Shown here: piece after piece, positions 33,031 through 46,689 of the stretch
Position numbering within the stretch: the first letter of the stretch is position 1
Layout: the number at the start of each line of letters is the position of its first letter
Source: Octopus sinensis
Lineage: Eukaryota
Length of the DNA: 64,000 nt
NCBI RefSeq assembly: GCF_006345805.1
Contig: NC_043002.1
Span: 62,992,001-63,056,000 of the forward strand
Reading direction: 5' to 3'
Notes under the pieces: model-generated
What the model was told of the DNA's origin: nothing
The model's input: the letters and a program-made list of their open reading frames with translations, nothing else
The model's database searches: none
Translations under genes and position numbers: made by a program

Positions 33031-33485
33031 TTTCCTGTCACACACTCACGCACACGCACACACACACACACGCACCCTCACACACACACAGACGCACGCA
33101 CACACACACACACACTCGCACGTTAGCTTACAATTTTATTTATATATTTGCGTGTCTATGTGTGTAAATAGGAAGTGGGAGGCAGAGTGAAAGAGTCACT
33201 CACTACAGAAAGTTAATTACTTTCACTTTATTCATTGCACACTGTGTGTGTGCGTTTGCGTGTGCTGTATCCCACACTAAGAGAAGCATTTGACTCATAC
33301 ACCACAATGTGAGTTTTCTCTAAATTTTGCTAAATTGGGGTTGAAATTTTAAAAAGTGGACCTGGCAAAACCCGATGCATTCTACTCTTAAAAATGCTAG
33401 GTAAATTGTAATTGAAGAAATCCTATATTGTAGATTTCTATAAGTGACAAAGGGAGGCAGATAATATCTGCCTTTTATAATAAGA
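32985..33485 (-). mobile_element. Putative Helitron family 2, 5' portion continuous with the 165-bp array
   Basis: A|TCTTATTATAAAAGGCAGATATTATCTGCCT start; paralog at 26210-26726. Confidence 0.6.
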
Positions 33486-33491
33486 TATATA

Positions 33492-33548
<57 letters not shown>

Positions 33549-33554
<6 letters not shown>

Positions 33555-33632
33555 AGGGAAGAAATGGAGCTGAACGAAGATGCTACAGAATTCTGTAGCA
33601 TCTTCGTTCAGCTCCATTTCTTCCCTTCACTA
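33549..33632. repeat. Perfect 84-bp loopless palindrome
   Basis: Centred on gaa|ttc at 33590/33591 with 42 matching bp per arm. Confidence 0.95.
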
Positions 33633-33789
33633 AATATATCAAACTTCAATTATCCGCGCTAAGGCACGGTTACGACACCCCAAGGTCGTAACTTCAACTG
33701 TGTTTTTTCTGTTATGATTTTTGCTACCCAGGTATCGGTTCAATTTTGAATAATCCTTAACAAGATAATTCATTTATCCATTTCAATAA

Positions 33790-33835
<46 letters not shown>

Positions 33836-33840
<5 letters not shown>

Positions 33841-34118
33841 CAGCGGACTCGAGGTTGTAAGATCGCGGTTTCGATTCCCAGACCGGGCGTTGTGAGTGTT
33901 TATTGAGCTAAAACACCTAAAGCTCCACGAGGCTCCGGCAGGGGATGGTGGCGATTCCTGCTGTACTCTTTCGCCGCAACTTTCACTCACTCTTTCTTCA
34001 GTTGGCCCGCTCGCTTAGCCAGTGGGGTGGCGTCATTTGAAGGCCAAAACAATGCGAAGCGCATTGTGACCAGCGATGTGTAGCAACATCTGATAGCCTG
34101 GTCGTTGACGTGATCACG

Positions 34119-34120
<2 letters not shown>
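33836..34120 (+). mobile_element. tRNA-derived SINE family C
   Basis: B-box ggtttcgattccc; similar to 6448-6680; flanked by (TA)n. Confidence 0.75.
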
Positions 34121-34199
<79 letters not shown>

Positions 34200-34203
<4 letters not shown>

Positions 34204-35330
34204 GTTGGCAACTAATTTCTCACCGTACTTTTAAATTTTGGAAGTTATTGCGTTTTTAATTTTGGAATCTATTTTTTTTCGAGAATTCTATTTTTGAATA
34301 ATTTTGGAATCTATTTTTTTTTTAGTTAATTTTAGTTACTTTTTGTTTATTTTCGTATCATTAAAATAAAATGTCAAGTTAAGAAAACGAGCATTTTCGA
34401 CACCTTTTTGCTTTTAATCAAGCTTCTAAGGCCTGTGCTGTGTATGGAGAGGATGCCATAGCTAAAAGAACCGCTCGTGATTTTGGAATTTATTGCGTTT
34501 TTAAACTTTGGAATCTATTTTTTTCGAGAAGTCTATTTTTGAGTCTAATTGGAATCTATTTTGCTTTTTTCTTTTCTACTTAATTTTAGTTAAATTTTGT
34601 TTACTTTCAGATAATTAAAATGGAATTTCAAGTTAAGAAAAACGAGCATTTTCGACACCTCCTTCTTTTTGCTTTTAATCAAGCTTCTAAGGCCGCAAAA
34701 GCTGCTCGCGACATTTGTGCTGTGTATGGTGAGGGTGCAATAGTTGATAGAACCGCTCGTGATTGGTATACCAAGTTCAAAAATGGAAATTTTGACCTCA
34801 AAACGCACCTCGTTCTGGCCGTCCAGTTGAGTTCGATGAAAAGCGATTAAACCAACTTTTGCACGAAAATTCTCGTCAAACGATAAGAAAACTGACAGAG
34901 AAAAAGGAATGCTATCATACTGCTATAGAGAAGCATCTTCACTCGATGGGAAAGGTGCAGTAGTATGGAGCATAGGTTTGGCATGCTTTAAGTGACAACA
35001 ACAAAATTCAACGAGTCACAATCTTTACAAGCAACGATTTCATTACCGAATCGTTACTTGTGACGAAAAATGGTGCGTGTACATCAATATGAAACAGCGT
35101 AAGGAAACAAACGACACCGCTCGTGAAACAAAACCTTCTTCCGCGTAAAACGATTTTGTGAGTATGGTGGGACTGGGAAGGGAATTAGTTGAACGGAACC
35201 AAACGGTCAACGCGGAACTCTATGTTCAACACATGGAACGGCTCAAGACGGTTATTCAAGAGAAAAGACCTCATCATCAGCATGGAGTTCTTCTGCTGTA
35301 CGACAACACCCGCCCTCATATCACTAATAT
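34200..35330 (+). pseudogene. Mariner transposon with 5' TIR, internal 5' duplication and frameshifted transposase
   Basis: TA|TTGGGTTGGCAACTAA; MEFQVKKNEHFRHLLLFAFN...RTARDWYTKFKNGNFDL; RIVTCDEKW; LLYDNTRPH. Confidence 0.92.
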
Positions 35331-35491
35331 CTATCTACCTGTTTGTCTATCTATCTGGCGTGAAGGTCATGTTTAGAACACATTTCCAGGGCAACGTTTT
35401 CGTTCATGACTGAATAATTGGTCCAAACGACAACAGACACGACAACAGACATTTGATCGTCATCTGCATCATCGTAATCATCATCATCATC

Positions 35492-35536
<45 letters not shown>

Positions 35537-35619
35537 CCATCATCACATTTCCTGCAGACATGATCCTATTAGTGATGATCATGGCGATGAAGATGATAAT
35601 GATGGTGACGATAATGATA

Positions 35620-36155
35620 AATGACCTGATGAAGTAACAGGTAGTGACTTCGATGACTTTTGATCTTAGGTGTTAGGTTGTGTTTACATTTATTTTTGGG
35701 GTGTAAACGGTGGGGGTAGAGCAAATATTCTGCTCAATATGAAATATTAACTTGCCAGTTGTTTGACCGTAACCAGCTAACTATGGATTTAGTGAATGAC
35801 GATAAGCGCATCTCTGAATGCGAGCAGAAGTAGTGAGGGATCATCATAGCCATGTGTTGAGAGGGATTCATTGGGGTGTGAATAACTCATATCTGGAAAC
35901 ATGGTGCTTTGTTTATCATCTTTAAAGAAACCTAATTTAGGGTCCTATTGAGCGAGATGGGCTACTTGACCATAGGCAAATCATAACTAGGCCTCACCTG
36001 CAAGGTCATGCGTTGTTTATCTTGATATGAAATCACCATCTCGCACACAAATTGTTGTTATGCATGTACCTGGCATACCCTTATCAGATGGGTATATTGC
36101 GCTTCGGGTATTTGTAACCTAGCGTCAGTTTGATGTCGTCTGCCGCTCTCTCAAT
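35620..36155 (+). mobile_element. Diverged inverted copy of the 17821-18376 element
   Basis: gcaaatattctgctcaata, catagccatgtgttgagagggattc, gtttatcttgatatga; ends ctctctcaattaataatag. Confidence 0.7.
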
Positions 36156-36174
36156 TAATAATAGTAAAAATATT

Positions 36175-36380
36175 ATTGGTTTAAAATTTTCTCAAAACGA
36201 CCAGCCATTTTAGGGAGGGGACTAGTCGACTACATAACCTCCCAGTGTTCAACTGGTTGATTGTATTATCGATCCCAAAAGAATAGAAAGCAAAGACCTA
36301 GGCAGAATTTGAACTCAAAACGTAGCGACGGGTGAAATACCGCTAAACATTTCGCCCGGCGTGCTAACGATTCTTTCAGT
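36175..36380 (-). mobile_element. SINE family B
   Basis: gaatttgaactcaaaacgtagcgacgg...ttcgcccggcgtgctaacgattct. Confidence 0.75.
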
Positions 36381-36444
36381 AATAGTAACATTATAATAGT
36401 ATAATAGTAGTAATAGTGATATTAATAACAACGAAAACGACTAT

Positions 36445-36590
36445 AACAAGAGCACTCAGAGAGCGCAAACCTCTGCCAAGGTAACACCAACGTCCTCTCA
36501 ACAATTAGCCTGAGATGATTTTTAAAATGAAAATATCTGAAAGTAACTCAACTGCTCTCACAAATGAGAATACTAGAAATAAACCCGGCC
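36445..36590 (-). mobile_element. HINE-like element 3' end
   Basis: Minus strand ttggcagaggtttGCGCTCtctGAGTGCtcttgtt (subTIR plus 3' hairpin); overlaps the homology of 21430-21510. Confidence 0.65.
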
Positions 36591-36952
36591 TCAGCGCGCC
36601 AAAATGAAGACATTTGAAAGTTACCTCCAAATATAATTTGGAGAAATGTATACGTTTTTTATCTGTGTGTACGTTTCTGTGTATAGTTCTGTGAAATATG
36701 TTTGTAAAGAGACAGAATAGACTGAAGAGTTGCAGATATTTGCATTTTGGTTTATGCAAGAGTTAACAATGATATCATGATACGTAGGTAATCGTTTTAT
36801 TTTGTATATTTTCCTTTCTCTTGCTCATTTTTGCATTCTGGCGTTTTTGCTGAGATTTTTCTTAAGAACACACTCTTGATGGTAAGGCGATTTGATGTCT
36901 ATCAATAGGATATTAGGAATCCACTTTTGTGGTCATTCCTTTTATTAATTGT

Positions 36953-37085
<133 letters not shown>

Positions 37086-38154
37086 ATATATATATACATA
37101 TATACATATATATGTGTGTGTGTGTCTGTGAGTAATTATGCATCTATATGTTTTTGCATATTTACCTAGGTATGTATGTTTGCATGCTTGTATCTACTTG
37201 CCTACATTCCTACCTACCTACCTACCTACCTATCAATCTATCTATCTATTTATCTATCTATCTTCCATGCTAGCTATTCTGGGCTCAAATTCTCCGGCTG
37301 TTTATATTCCGATCTAACATTCTCCTAGGACATCCCTGCCTTTCATAATTTTGTAGTCGAAAAAACTGTACCAGTTATGAACTGGAGTCGAACCAATCGA
37401 TTTCCTCCCACCTCAAAAATGTTGGCCTTGTACCAAGTTCGAAAGAATAATTATAATTTTGCTTCAAAAAATTAATGGGAAGGTAATTTTGTGAATTAAA
37501 GAACACAAGCTGTGATTAGAAAGTCTTTTCCATTTTAATGATTTTAATTTAAGCAACAAAAATTAAAGGCAAGTACCGTATTAAATGAGCGCTTCCTTTA
37601 ATTTGCAAAATGATCTCCTCCGCGGATATTAAAAATTAATCTACCGTGAAGTTGAAATGTTTCGACGACCTGTTATTATTGTTATTATTTTTATTTTGAG
37701 ATGTTAATACAAAGACATATTGTCTCTTTCATTGGTTTGTGTGACCTGAAAGATGCTCTCTCATTAGATCGTCCAATATGCCTGCAATTGATGTTTATTA
37801 ATACTGAAATACACAGTAAGATATCTGATCTCTATTCATAAGTTGCACAAATTTTAGCTATCCCTGTATTCTGTAATCAAAAGCAAATGTGCAAAGCCAT
37901 ATTAAGTCTAAAGAGAAATACGATGTGTAACATTCTGTGGACAATAAATAAAACTGAATTTGTACTAGAATTCAATCTCATTTTATATTTTCTGTCCACG
38001 AAGTTATAACAATATATATGTTAGTACTTATTCCTTTATATTAAATTACATATCCCATCGACAGCTAAGTTAAAAATTTCAGATTATACACTAATCCAAC
38101 CAAAGTTTTGCGAGTGGATTTGGTAGACGAAAACTGAAAGAAGCCCTTTGTATA

Positions 38155-38728
38155 TAGAGAGTGTTCAAAATGTCTCTCCGCACTAAGTATTTTATTGCAA
38201 AATAAATATTTATAAGATGGTATAAGACTACCACAGAATATATTAGACTTTACAAGACTCTAAAAAACATTATAAGAAGAGTTGAAAGTGTCGTCCTTCT
38301 TTTTCAATTCATAAGTTGACTCTTCAGCACATGTCTTGAAATATATCTTGGATAGTCTAATGCGGTATGGACCGTGTGAAGGTTATGATTGCGTCTTTTA
38401 GCTCATTAATGGTTGTCGGGTGATTCTTGTAAACTGAGCCTTTATTTGCTCCCCGGAATAAAAAAAAAGACTGGTGGTGTTAAGTCAGGTGATCTCGGTG
38501 GCTAAAGTCCCTTCGAAATAATCCGTTCATCGAAAAACTCTTGAAGTACCCGCCATGGTGATGCACGAAGTGTGTGCTATAGCTCCACGCTCTTGAAAGT
38601 ATACATTATTAATTTCACTTTCAGTGAGGTGGCCGAGAAATGGATAGGAATGGATTGAAAAATATCTCTCGGTGTTCATGGGCGTCGTCAAAAAATTCAA
38701 TGCGGAGAGACTTTCTGAACACCCTGTA
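38155..38728 (-). mobile_element. Internally deleted IS630-Tc1-mariner element with both TIRs, nested in a family A SINE (38100-38150 and 38730-38985)
   Basis: TIRs ta-gagagtgttcaaaatgtctctccgca and tgcggagagactttctgaacaccctg-ta; minus frame LQEFFDERIISKGL*PPRSPDLTPP. Confidence 0.85.
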
Positions 38729-40349
38729 TATACACATATATATATCTATGTGTGAGTATCTTTGTGTTTGTGTTTGACCTCCACCCCATCATCGCCTGAC
38801 AACCGGTGTTGGTGTGTTTACATCCACGTAAATTAGCGGTTCGGCAAAAGAGAACGATAGAATAATACTAGGTTTAAGAAATAATTCTTGGGTCTAATTG
38901 TTCGACTAAAAGATACCTTTCAAGGTGGTGCTCCAGAATGGTCGTAGCGATATGACTGAAACAAGTAAAAGAACAACAGAATAAGTTTTTTTATGCTCTA
39001 TTTAACGATTTGTCTTTCAATGGAGTCATCGGTAATGTTTTCTTTTTATCATGGACCCTCACATCACTCTGGTTCAAACTGTTGATACATAATTCGGATT
39101 TTCGAAAGTGCACAGAGCATTCGTTTCTTTGTATTTCTCGGATAGTTTTCAATTTGAATCAGAAGAAGCGGAGATAGTAGCTGGTGAGATGGGTGTAAAT
39201 TGCTGTCATCTCCATCGCGACAGCGCTCTCCTTCATAAAAATATTATTTTGCGAAAAAGAAGTCATTAAGCCTGATAAAAAATAAAACATAATCTGCACA
39301 GAAATGAAAAGAAAAACATAAATATAGATATAATTGACATTTTAACGCTTTTACAGTCTGTACCACCTGTGACTCTTCAGCACAGTCTGATATACGATTT
39401 GTACTGAAGAAATCGAAGGCGATACTCATCTATAAAGCAATATAGTACTTTATAGATCGAAATATATCATATATATAAATATAAAATAATAATAAAAATG
39501 ATAAAACATAATTTATAATAACATTAGACCATCCATGAAAGAAAATCTCTTGCGTAAAATAAGTTTGGTACGTAAAGTGTTAGAACACTGGTGGTTCATA
39601 TAGAAATTATTTCCAGCAATTTAAGCGATTGTTTCGTGATCCCCCTTTGACCCGGGGTCAGTGACTGTACATTCTTAGTATTGGCTACAGCAAAGATAAA
39701 ATGAATTAAATTCGGTCTCAGCAAACCTAAGAACGCCTTTTCCCCAGTACTGTAAGTTACACAACCTCACGGATTGATGATCTCGTTAGTGTTATTCTAA
39801 TGTTGATCTGCATGTGTTTTCACTTGATGGCGCCATAAAGGTCTGGCCACATCATCTTTGATTACGTTATGAGCGTTATCGCCAATTTATCCATTTTGTC
39901 ATATGTGTAGCAGCTCTGATCAATAGGTCATCGCCATTTTTGCAGGTAATATGTTTAGACCGTTGACATCTAATGTTATTGTTTTACCATTTTTTTGCTT
40001 TTCTGATCATTATTGTTGTTCTTATTGCTATAGATGTTGTTGTTGTTGGTGGTGGTGGTGGTGGCGGTGATTTCTCTTTATAAATCTTCATTACAAGCAT
40101 TTTATCTTATACCTTATATATTTTATTTTGATGAATGATTCATGCAATGTTTTGATTTATTGCTTTCGAATGTAACAGTATAGTTGTTGTTGCTGCTCTT
40201 GTTGTCGTTCATTAAGTTTAGTTGTTACTGTTGTTGGCTGGCTTACGGTTGTATTTTTTTATACTTTATACTATGAGTTAATTATCAAGTTGAATGCTTG
40301 GTAAACTATTTGAATTTTATATGATAATTATGTTGTTACTTTTCATTAT

Positions 40350-40540
40350 CATAGGCGTAGAAGTGGCTGTGTGGAAAGTAGCTCGCTTACCAAACAAAGA
40401 GGTTCGGCAAAAGAGACCGATAGAATAATTACTAGGCATACAAAGAATAAGTCATGAGGTCGATTTGCTCGACTACATGCTGCGCTCCAGCATGGCCGCA
40501 GTCAAATGACTGAAACAAGTAAAAGGAGACTAAAGAGTGT
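40350..40540 (+). mobile_element. SINE family A, internally deleted
   Basis: Head ggcgtagaagtggctgtgtgg fused directly to tail ggttcggcaaaagagaccgatagaataa. Confidence 0.75.
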
Positions 40541-40574
40541 ATTAACTGAGGTTTCTACTATGCACAACCAAAGA

Positions 40575-41280
40575 GAAACCTCCCAGCTTGTTTGAGAGCG
40601 TGAGTATCAATTACAATATCCCTCATCCAGGAATCAGCTTGGATGTTGCGTCAAGTGCACCAATTAGGACAGGAATAAATGTCAGCTTCGGTTTTCACAA
40701 TTTCTTCACCTGTGTGAATGGATCCTGATATTTTGCAGTTTCTTCCATTTCTACGATGAATAATCATTTATAAAGTAATGAGCAAACGACTTTTGAGCAT
40801 CACAATCATAACTGGTCTTCTTGCTTCAATATTCTGGTCAGAAATTATGGAGAAATCGCATAAAATTCTGTAATTCTTATTCTGCAACACACCCTCTGAC
40901 TTGTTTTCATACTACTTTTAGGCTTATAATGCACATACACGGTTATCATAGAACTGCACTCATTTACCGAAACATCCATTCCTGCAATAATGTTCTGTGT
41001 TGCTAGCTTACTGCATTCACTTAAGAGATGGTTAATAATTTCATCTCCCTTACCACAGTTTCTGCCTTTAATCCCTGAGTGACTTTTACCACTCTTTATC
41101 AAATTCCTGCTAATGTTATTCAGCGGCTATAATTACTGATCCGGTTTCAGCAGCAGGTTTCCTTTCATCAGCTACGACTAGAGTTCTTTACTTTCAAAAC
41201 CTGAGATAACTGTATGAATTGGTCATGTAATTCGTCCCCTTTCTAACTACTTATTCTCTTGTTCTCCATTTTGATAGAGA
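40575..41280 (-). pseudogene. R4/Dong C-terminal relic (CCHC finger and restriction-like endonuclease)
   Basis: RNCGKGDEIINHLLSECSKLA; NYRILCDFSIISDQNIEARRP; FIPVLIGAL. Confidence 0.8.
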
Positions 41281-41402
41281 ATTCTGGCAGAATATTTAGC
41301 ACTTCTGTACGGTTTGTGCTCAAATCCGCTGAGTTGACTTACCTTTCATTTTTCCGGGTAGATAAATAAATACTAGCCTTTTCTTATAGTAGAAAGGATT
41401 GA

Positions 41403-41459
<57 letters not shown>

Positions 41460-41476
41460 GAGAAATATCATTATTA

Positions 41477-41612
41477 AAGGCGGTGAGCTGGCAGAATCGT
41501 TAGTACGCTGGGCGAAATATTTAGCGGGATTTTGTCCGTCATTAAGTTCAAATTCCACCGAGGTCGGCTCTGTCATTCATCCCTTCGAGGTCGATAAAAT
41601 AAGTACCAGTTA
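41477..41612 (+). mobile_element. SINE family B
   Basis: ggcggtgagctggcagaatcgttag...gtcgataaaataagtaccagtt. Confidence 0.8.
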
Positions 41613-43084
41613 AGGAGACAATGCAAATGAATTCAAAACATAAGATACTTTTGTTATGTATATGAAATAAAGACATATGGAACATTGCTTATGCGTATGA
41701 AATGAAGACATAATAAGACTCATTCCTTTCTCTATTGCCAACGTGCTGACTAAGAGGAAGACAAATAATAGTCTCTAGTTTAAAACTTGTAGATATTTAT
41801 GAATATCTAATGTGAAATTGCTAGTATTTTTTTAGGTTTGAGGATACTTCTGTGAAGGTTTACACCAGACGTAGAAACATAAATGTTAGACGTGTTTTAT
41901 TTTTTCGAAAATATATTATGCATTATTGTCTTTTTCTTTTTAATGACAAACGGTAGAAATGACAACACTTAGACAAGTAAACACAGACGTTTAAACAACA
42001 CAGAAACCAAAGAACATTTCATAAACATCAAGAAAGAAGGTAAGGTAGAGGAAAGGCAATAAATAATCTGTCATTCTGGTCTGCCAAAAATTAATTCTGA
42101 ATATAGATCGACACTTAAAAAATAATGTAAGATAATATAAGATATTTACGCCACGAGATGTACCAACATTTTGCCTGACGATATTATTGTAGAAAAGGGA
42201 TAAAAGTGACATAGTTCTGCCTTTCAAAAAGATAATGGGTTTATTTCCATATGCCTTAACAGATGAGGTGAGAGTGCTTGATGAAAACAGAGAGAGAACA
42301 GTAGAAATAGAGCAGAGAAACATTTACAGAATATGGCGAAATTATTGAAAGTGTAGTCCACATGTTCCCAGTATGTGGTGAATTCAGAGGCAAGCATCGA
42401 ATAATATCAAATGTTTACTCTCACTAAATTTCGTAGTAGAATCGTGTCTGAGATTTTATGTCTTTTCTTACCCGCTTGAAAACTCTAACTGTACAGAGAT
42501 CGTATCAGTAGGAAAACTTATCAGACAACCTGGACAAAGTGGATGGAAAGAATCAAAGATAGTGTCGTAAGATCGCCTTACACAAACCTTCTCTGGACGA
42601 AAGCTTTGATTCATATCTCGTTTCAATTTCTGCAAAATTTTACACATTCCCACTTGTTTACTATTGGACAGTACCAATGCATAAGGAAGTTCCACATACA
42701 AGTACACACGCACACACTCATAGAGGCTCGCGCATATGAACGCATTTATATGTATACATGCGTACAAACATATATGTGCGTATATTGTATGGTGCTCTTG
42801 TTTCTTTCCTAGTTTTAATAACGCATGATTGCCTATTGCACACATATTTAACCATCTTGTCTTCACTGATGTGGTATCATTCAACACTCTGGCAAATATA
42901 TCATCATCATCATCATCTTCTTCTTCTTCTTCTTCTTCTTCTTCTTCTTCTTCTTCTTCTTCTTCTTCTCTTCTTCTTCTTCTTATTATTATTATTATAT
43001 TATTATTATTATATTATTATTATTATTATTATTATCATTATGCACACATAAGATTACACTGTTGAAAATGAAAAAAAACCCTAA

Positions 43085-43490
43085 CATCAGGCTACAAGAA
43101 GTAAACTTAGATGCGAAGAACCCTCCTAAGTATCCTAGCTGTTCAGTATAGCACTGATTGCTGGAGCCGTAATAAACTGGATTTTATGCCTATTTCGTCA
43201 ACCATGTTTTCTAATCGTCAACCATCTCTCCCTAATGCATCTATATATCTACCGCGATACATTTTACCTGCAATTTCCATAATCACGGTAATTCAATGGC
43301 GAAGACCTGGTACCTCTCATATTAATGCTTTCATCATTTGAGACTATAAAGTCAAATGTCTGTCGAAATGGTTAAGTCCCAGAACAGCTTAAATTTTTAC
43401 CTTCCAGTACTTTGCTAGTTTCACGTTCATACCATTTATTAATATGTTCAAATCCTATCTTTCTACATAATTCCTAGTAGATTCCCTAGG
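43085..43490 (-). pseudogene. R4/Dong 3' end relic
   Basis: KWYERETSKVLE, LFWD and terminal QSVLY*TARILRRVL; (ATT)-rich tract just downstream. Confidence 0.65.
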
Positions 43491-43534
43491 TTTTCTTGTC
43501 TTTGCTATTACTCATTGTCATTAATAATATTCGC

Positions 43535-43970
43535 TGGCAGAATCGTTAGCACGCTGGTCGAAATACTTATCGGTATTTCGCCCGTTGCAACGTTTTCATT
43601 TCAAATGCAGCAGAGGTCGACTTTGCTTTTTGTACTTTCAAGGACAAAGAAATAAGTAACTGCTAAAGACTAGGGTTGATGTAATCATCTCATCGCCACC
43701 TCCCACATGCTGCTCTTGCACCAAAATTTGAAATAATGATAATTATTATTACTATTATTTTTATTAGCTGTCAGTATCGTTAGCACTCTGGACGAAATGC
43801 TTAGCGTTATTTCGCCCGTCGCAATTTTCTGTGTTCAAATTCTGCCGGGGTCGAATTTCCCTTTCATTCTTTCGGGGTCGATAAATTAAGTGCATGAAAC
43901 ACTCGGGTCGATTTAATCGACTATTCACTCTCCCAAATTACAGGCCTTGTACCTATAATTGAAAAGATTG
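43535..43970 (+). mobile_element. Two SINE family B copies
   Basis: gctggcagaatcgttagcacg and gttcaaattctgccggggtcga motifs. Confidence 0.75.
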
Positions 43971-43979
43971 TTATAATAA

Positions 43980-44175
43980 TTACCCCCGCCTTTGTTAATG
44001 CGGAGGTATTGTTTCTCAGTCGTATTTGCTTGTTTGTTTTTCCGTGAACAAGATCACTCAAGAACCGCTAGATGGTCTTGGATGAAACTTTCAGGGATGT
44101 TTGGCCTCGTGACTAGCACGAACTCATTCGATTTTGGGATCGATCCAACACCGGACAATGATTCGAGATTATTTG
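43980..44175 (+). mobile_element. HINE-like element 5' part
   Basis: ttacccccgcc...gcggaggtattgtttctcagtcgtatttg; homologous to 21205. Confidence 0.65.
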
Positions 44176-44359
44176 TACTGTTTGTCAAGTCACAACAACA
44201 TCAGGCATAAAGTACTTTACGCAATATGAACGAAGTTATAAAATAGTAACAAGAAAACCCTACATGAAAGCATTCCCAGTTGGTATTCAATTACCTGGTC
44301 CTGGGCAGCGATGACCAGGCTTTCTCTTGTCATTTTATCATGATCTTTGCTGAGCCATG

Positions 44360-45078
44360 TTCATAATGGTTCCGGTGCTTTTTTTGTTAGTTTCACTGTA
44401 GAACTGACCATGTAACTGCATGCGGAGTAGTGTTTCTTCTCTCCCGTTGGGTATTTCTGATCCGAATTCCTTAACACTCTGAATCTCACCGCTGCTAAAT
44501 CCTTCTGCATTAGCATCATATTGTAGCAGAACACTTGTTCTCTGTTTATCAAATACTCCATGCGACGCTCAGGCCAAGTGCCAATTTACACGTCTTCACG
44601 TACAGCCTTTGTACTTTTAGGATGTAAGGCATTGTCTTTCCGGTAGTGTGGATCGAGTTGGTTAAATTTTGCTTGTTTCCATTTCAGAAAGGGGGGAACT
44701 ATAGCTACAGCAACAGCCCACTGGCAGTCACAAGGTTCCTTGCATCGAATGTTAACTTCAAGAGAAATAAATGTGAGGGGCTTCAAATATGCAGCGACGA
44801 AATTTATTACGTTGCTATGACTAAGATATTGTCTAGCTTCAAGATCGCAAAATACTTGTGTTCACCATCACTCGGCTCATCCATTCGCTCTCCGTTTGGC
44901 AGTTTTATACCTTTATGGTCTGCTTTTCTTTCCTATTTTGTAGTAAGTACCGTACATTTCGAGATCTAATTCCATTCCTATACCCTTCATGCACATCTGT
45001 ATAGTCTCGACCAGCCTCGCTATTTCAGTCTCTGTTTTTGAGAAAAGTTGTAAATCCTTCATGAAGAGATGGTGAGTG
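44360..45078 (-). pseudogene. R4/Dong reverse transcriptase and thumb relic
   Basis: THHLFMKDLQLFSKTE...GIGMEL; LKLTFDARNLV; WAVAV; NALHPKS. Confidence 0.75.
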
Positions 45079-45339
45079 AGATGGTAGAAACGTTAATCTG
45101 CCGGACAAAAAGCTTAGTAGCATTTCGTCCGTCGACTTTGTCGCTTATCCTTTCAAAGACAATAAGTTAATTGCCAGCCAAGCACTGGGCTGCGCCCACC
45201 CACAAAATTCCAGGCCTATAGTTATTATCTTCACAGTCACTCTTAAGTGTTGAGCTGACTGATACTTCAGTGTGTCGGACAACATTCTTAGTCGCTTCTA
45301 TTCCCCGAATCTTTACGTTCTGAGTTCAAATTTGTAACT

Positions 45340-45540
45340 GTGTATGTGCCCCCAACATCGCTTGACAACCGATGATGGTGTGTTTACGTCCCCGTAACTT
45401 AACGGTTCGGCAAAAGAGACCGGTAGAATATGTACTAGGCTTACAAAGGTTAATCGTGAGGTCGATTTGCTCGACTAAAGGCAGTGCTCCAGCATGGCCG
45501 CAGTCAAATGCTTGAAACAAGTTAAAGAATAAAGAGAGTA
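45340..45540 (+). mobile_element. SINE family A tail half
   Basis: catcgcttgacaaccgatg...gctccagcatggccgcagtcaaatg. Confidence 0.8.
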
Positions 45541-45952
45541 TTGTTATTGCAGCAGTACTATTCGCTATTACCGTTGTAGAGACATTTGCTGTTTGAAAAC
45601 GATAATTTTAAACCATGAAAGTGTTTTTTTATTTATTGTGTCGCTTGTAATTTGTGCTTATTTTCCTCTGCAAAATCTATTTCTTCTTCTAAGATGTCAC
45701 CTATATATTCATATTGTATTTTGTATCCCTATCCCTTCCCAGTATGACACATACATACATTGGCGAGAGGAAATCGCACTAATTAAACATTACTGCAAAC
45801 TTTAGAAGCAATTTATTGCTGTCAGGCAAGTATTTAAAGATATAATTAAACACACTTGAAAGAATAGGGACGTGCACGTATATAGACTGGCGCTATAGTT
45901 ATATGTGTGTATACACGTAGGTGCAGGCGCACGCACACACATATGACGAGAG

Positions 45953-46015
<63 letters not shown>

Positions 46016-46178
46016 GAGAGAGACAGGTGGAGATATAGACAGAGAAATTAAGTTGCAATCAGAACCAGATATACTGATACACATACATACAACATAGCAT
46101 GTATATACTTGCAGAGAACACCACAGATGCAAGCACATATACCATATATATACATATATACATGCATGCATAGATGCA

Positions 46179-46259
<81 letters not shown>

Positions 46260-46370
46260 TACATATGTATATATATAAGTATATATATAAATATATATTT
46301 ATATTTATATATATGTATTTATATATACGAGTGTATATATATATATGAATATATATATATATACATATGC

Positions 46371-46415
<45 letters not shown>

Positions 46416-46689
46416 TATATTTACATATAAATGTATTTATATATATAAACATGCACACAAACACAAACACAATTGCAAAAGTATCGTAGGTCCAAACCGC
46501 TGTTTTTGCAGAAAACGAAATAGTTTCACCATTCCATACCAAAGCCGTTCTAATACATTTTGACCAATTTTTTATACTTTGGCCTCTGAAGCAGCAGGAG
46601 ACGCGATAGTTTGACCAACATAACCGGCGATTGCAAGCAAAATTAGATATTGAAAAAAAAAAAAACCCGGATTTGGCCAAATCTAGACC

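Noticed and set aside
36722-36790. CTGAAGA followed by a TTGCA/TGCAA stem as another hammerhead
   Set aside because: No correctly placed GAAA or stem I
39790-39860. SLDGAIKVW, a WD40-like word on the + strand
   Set aside because: Stop four codons later, weak splice sites; likely chance
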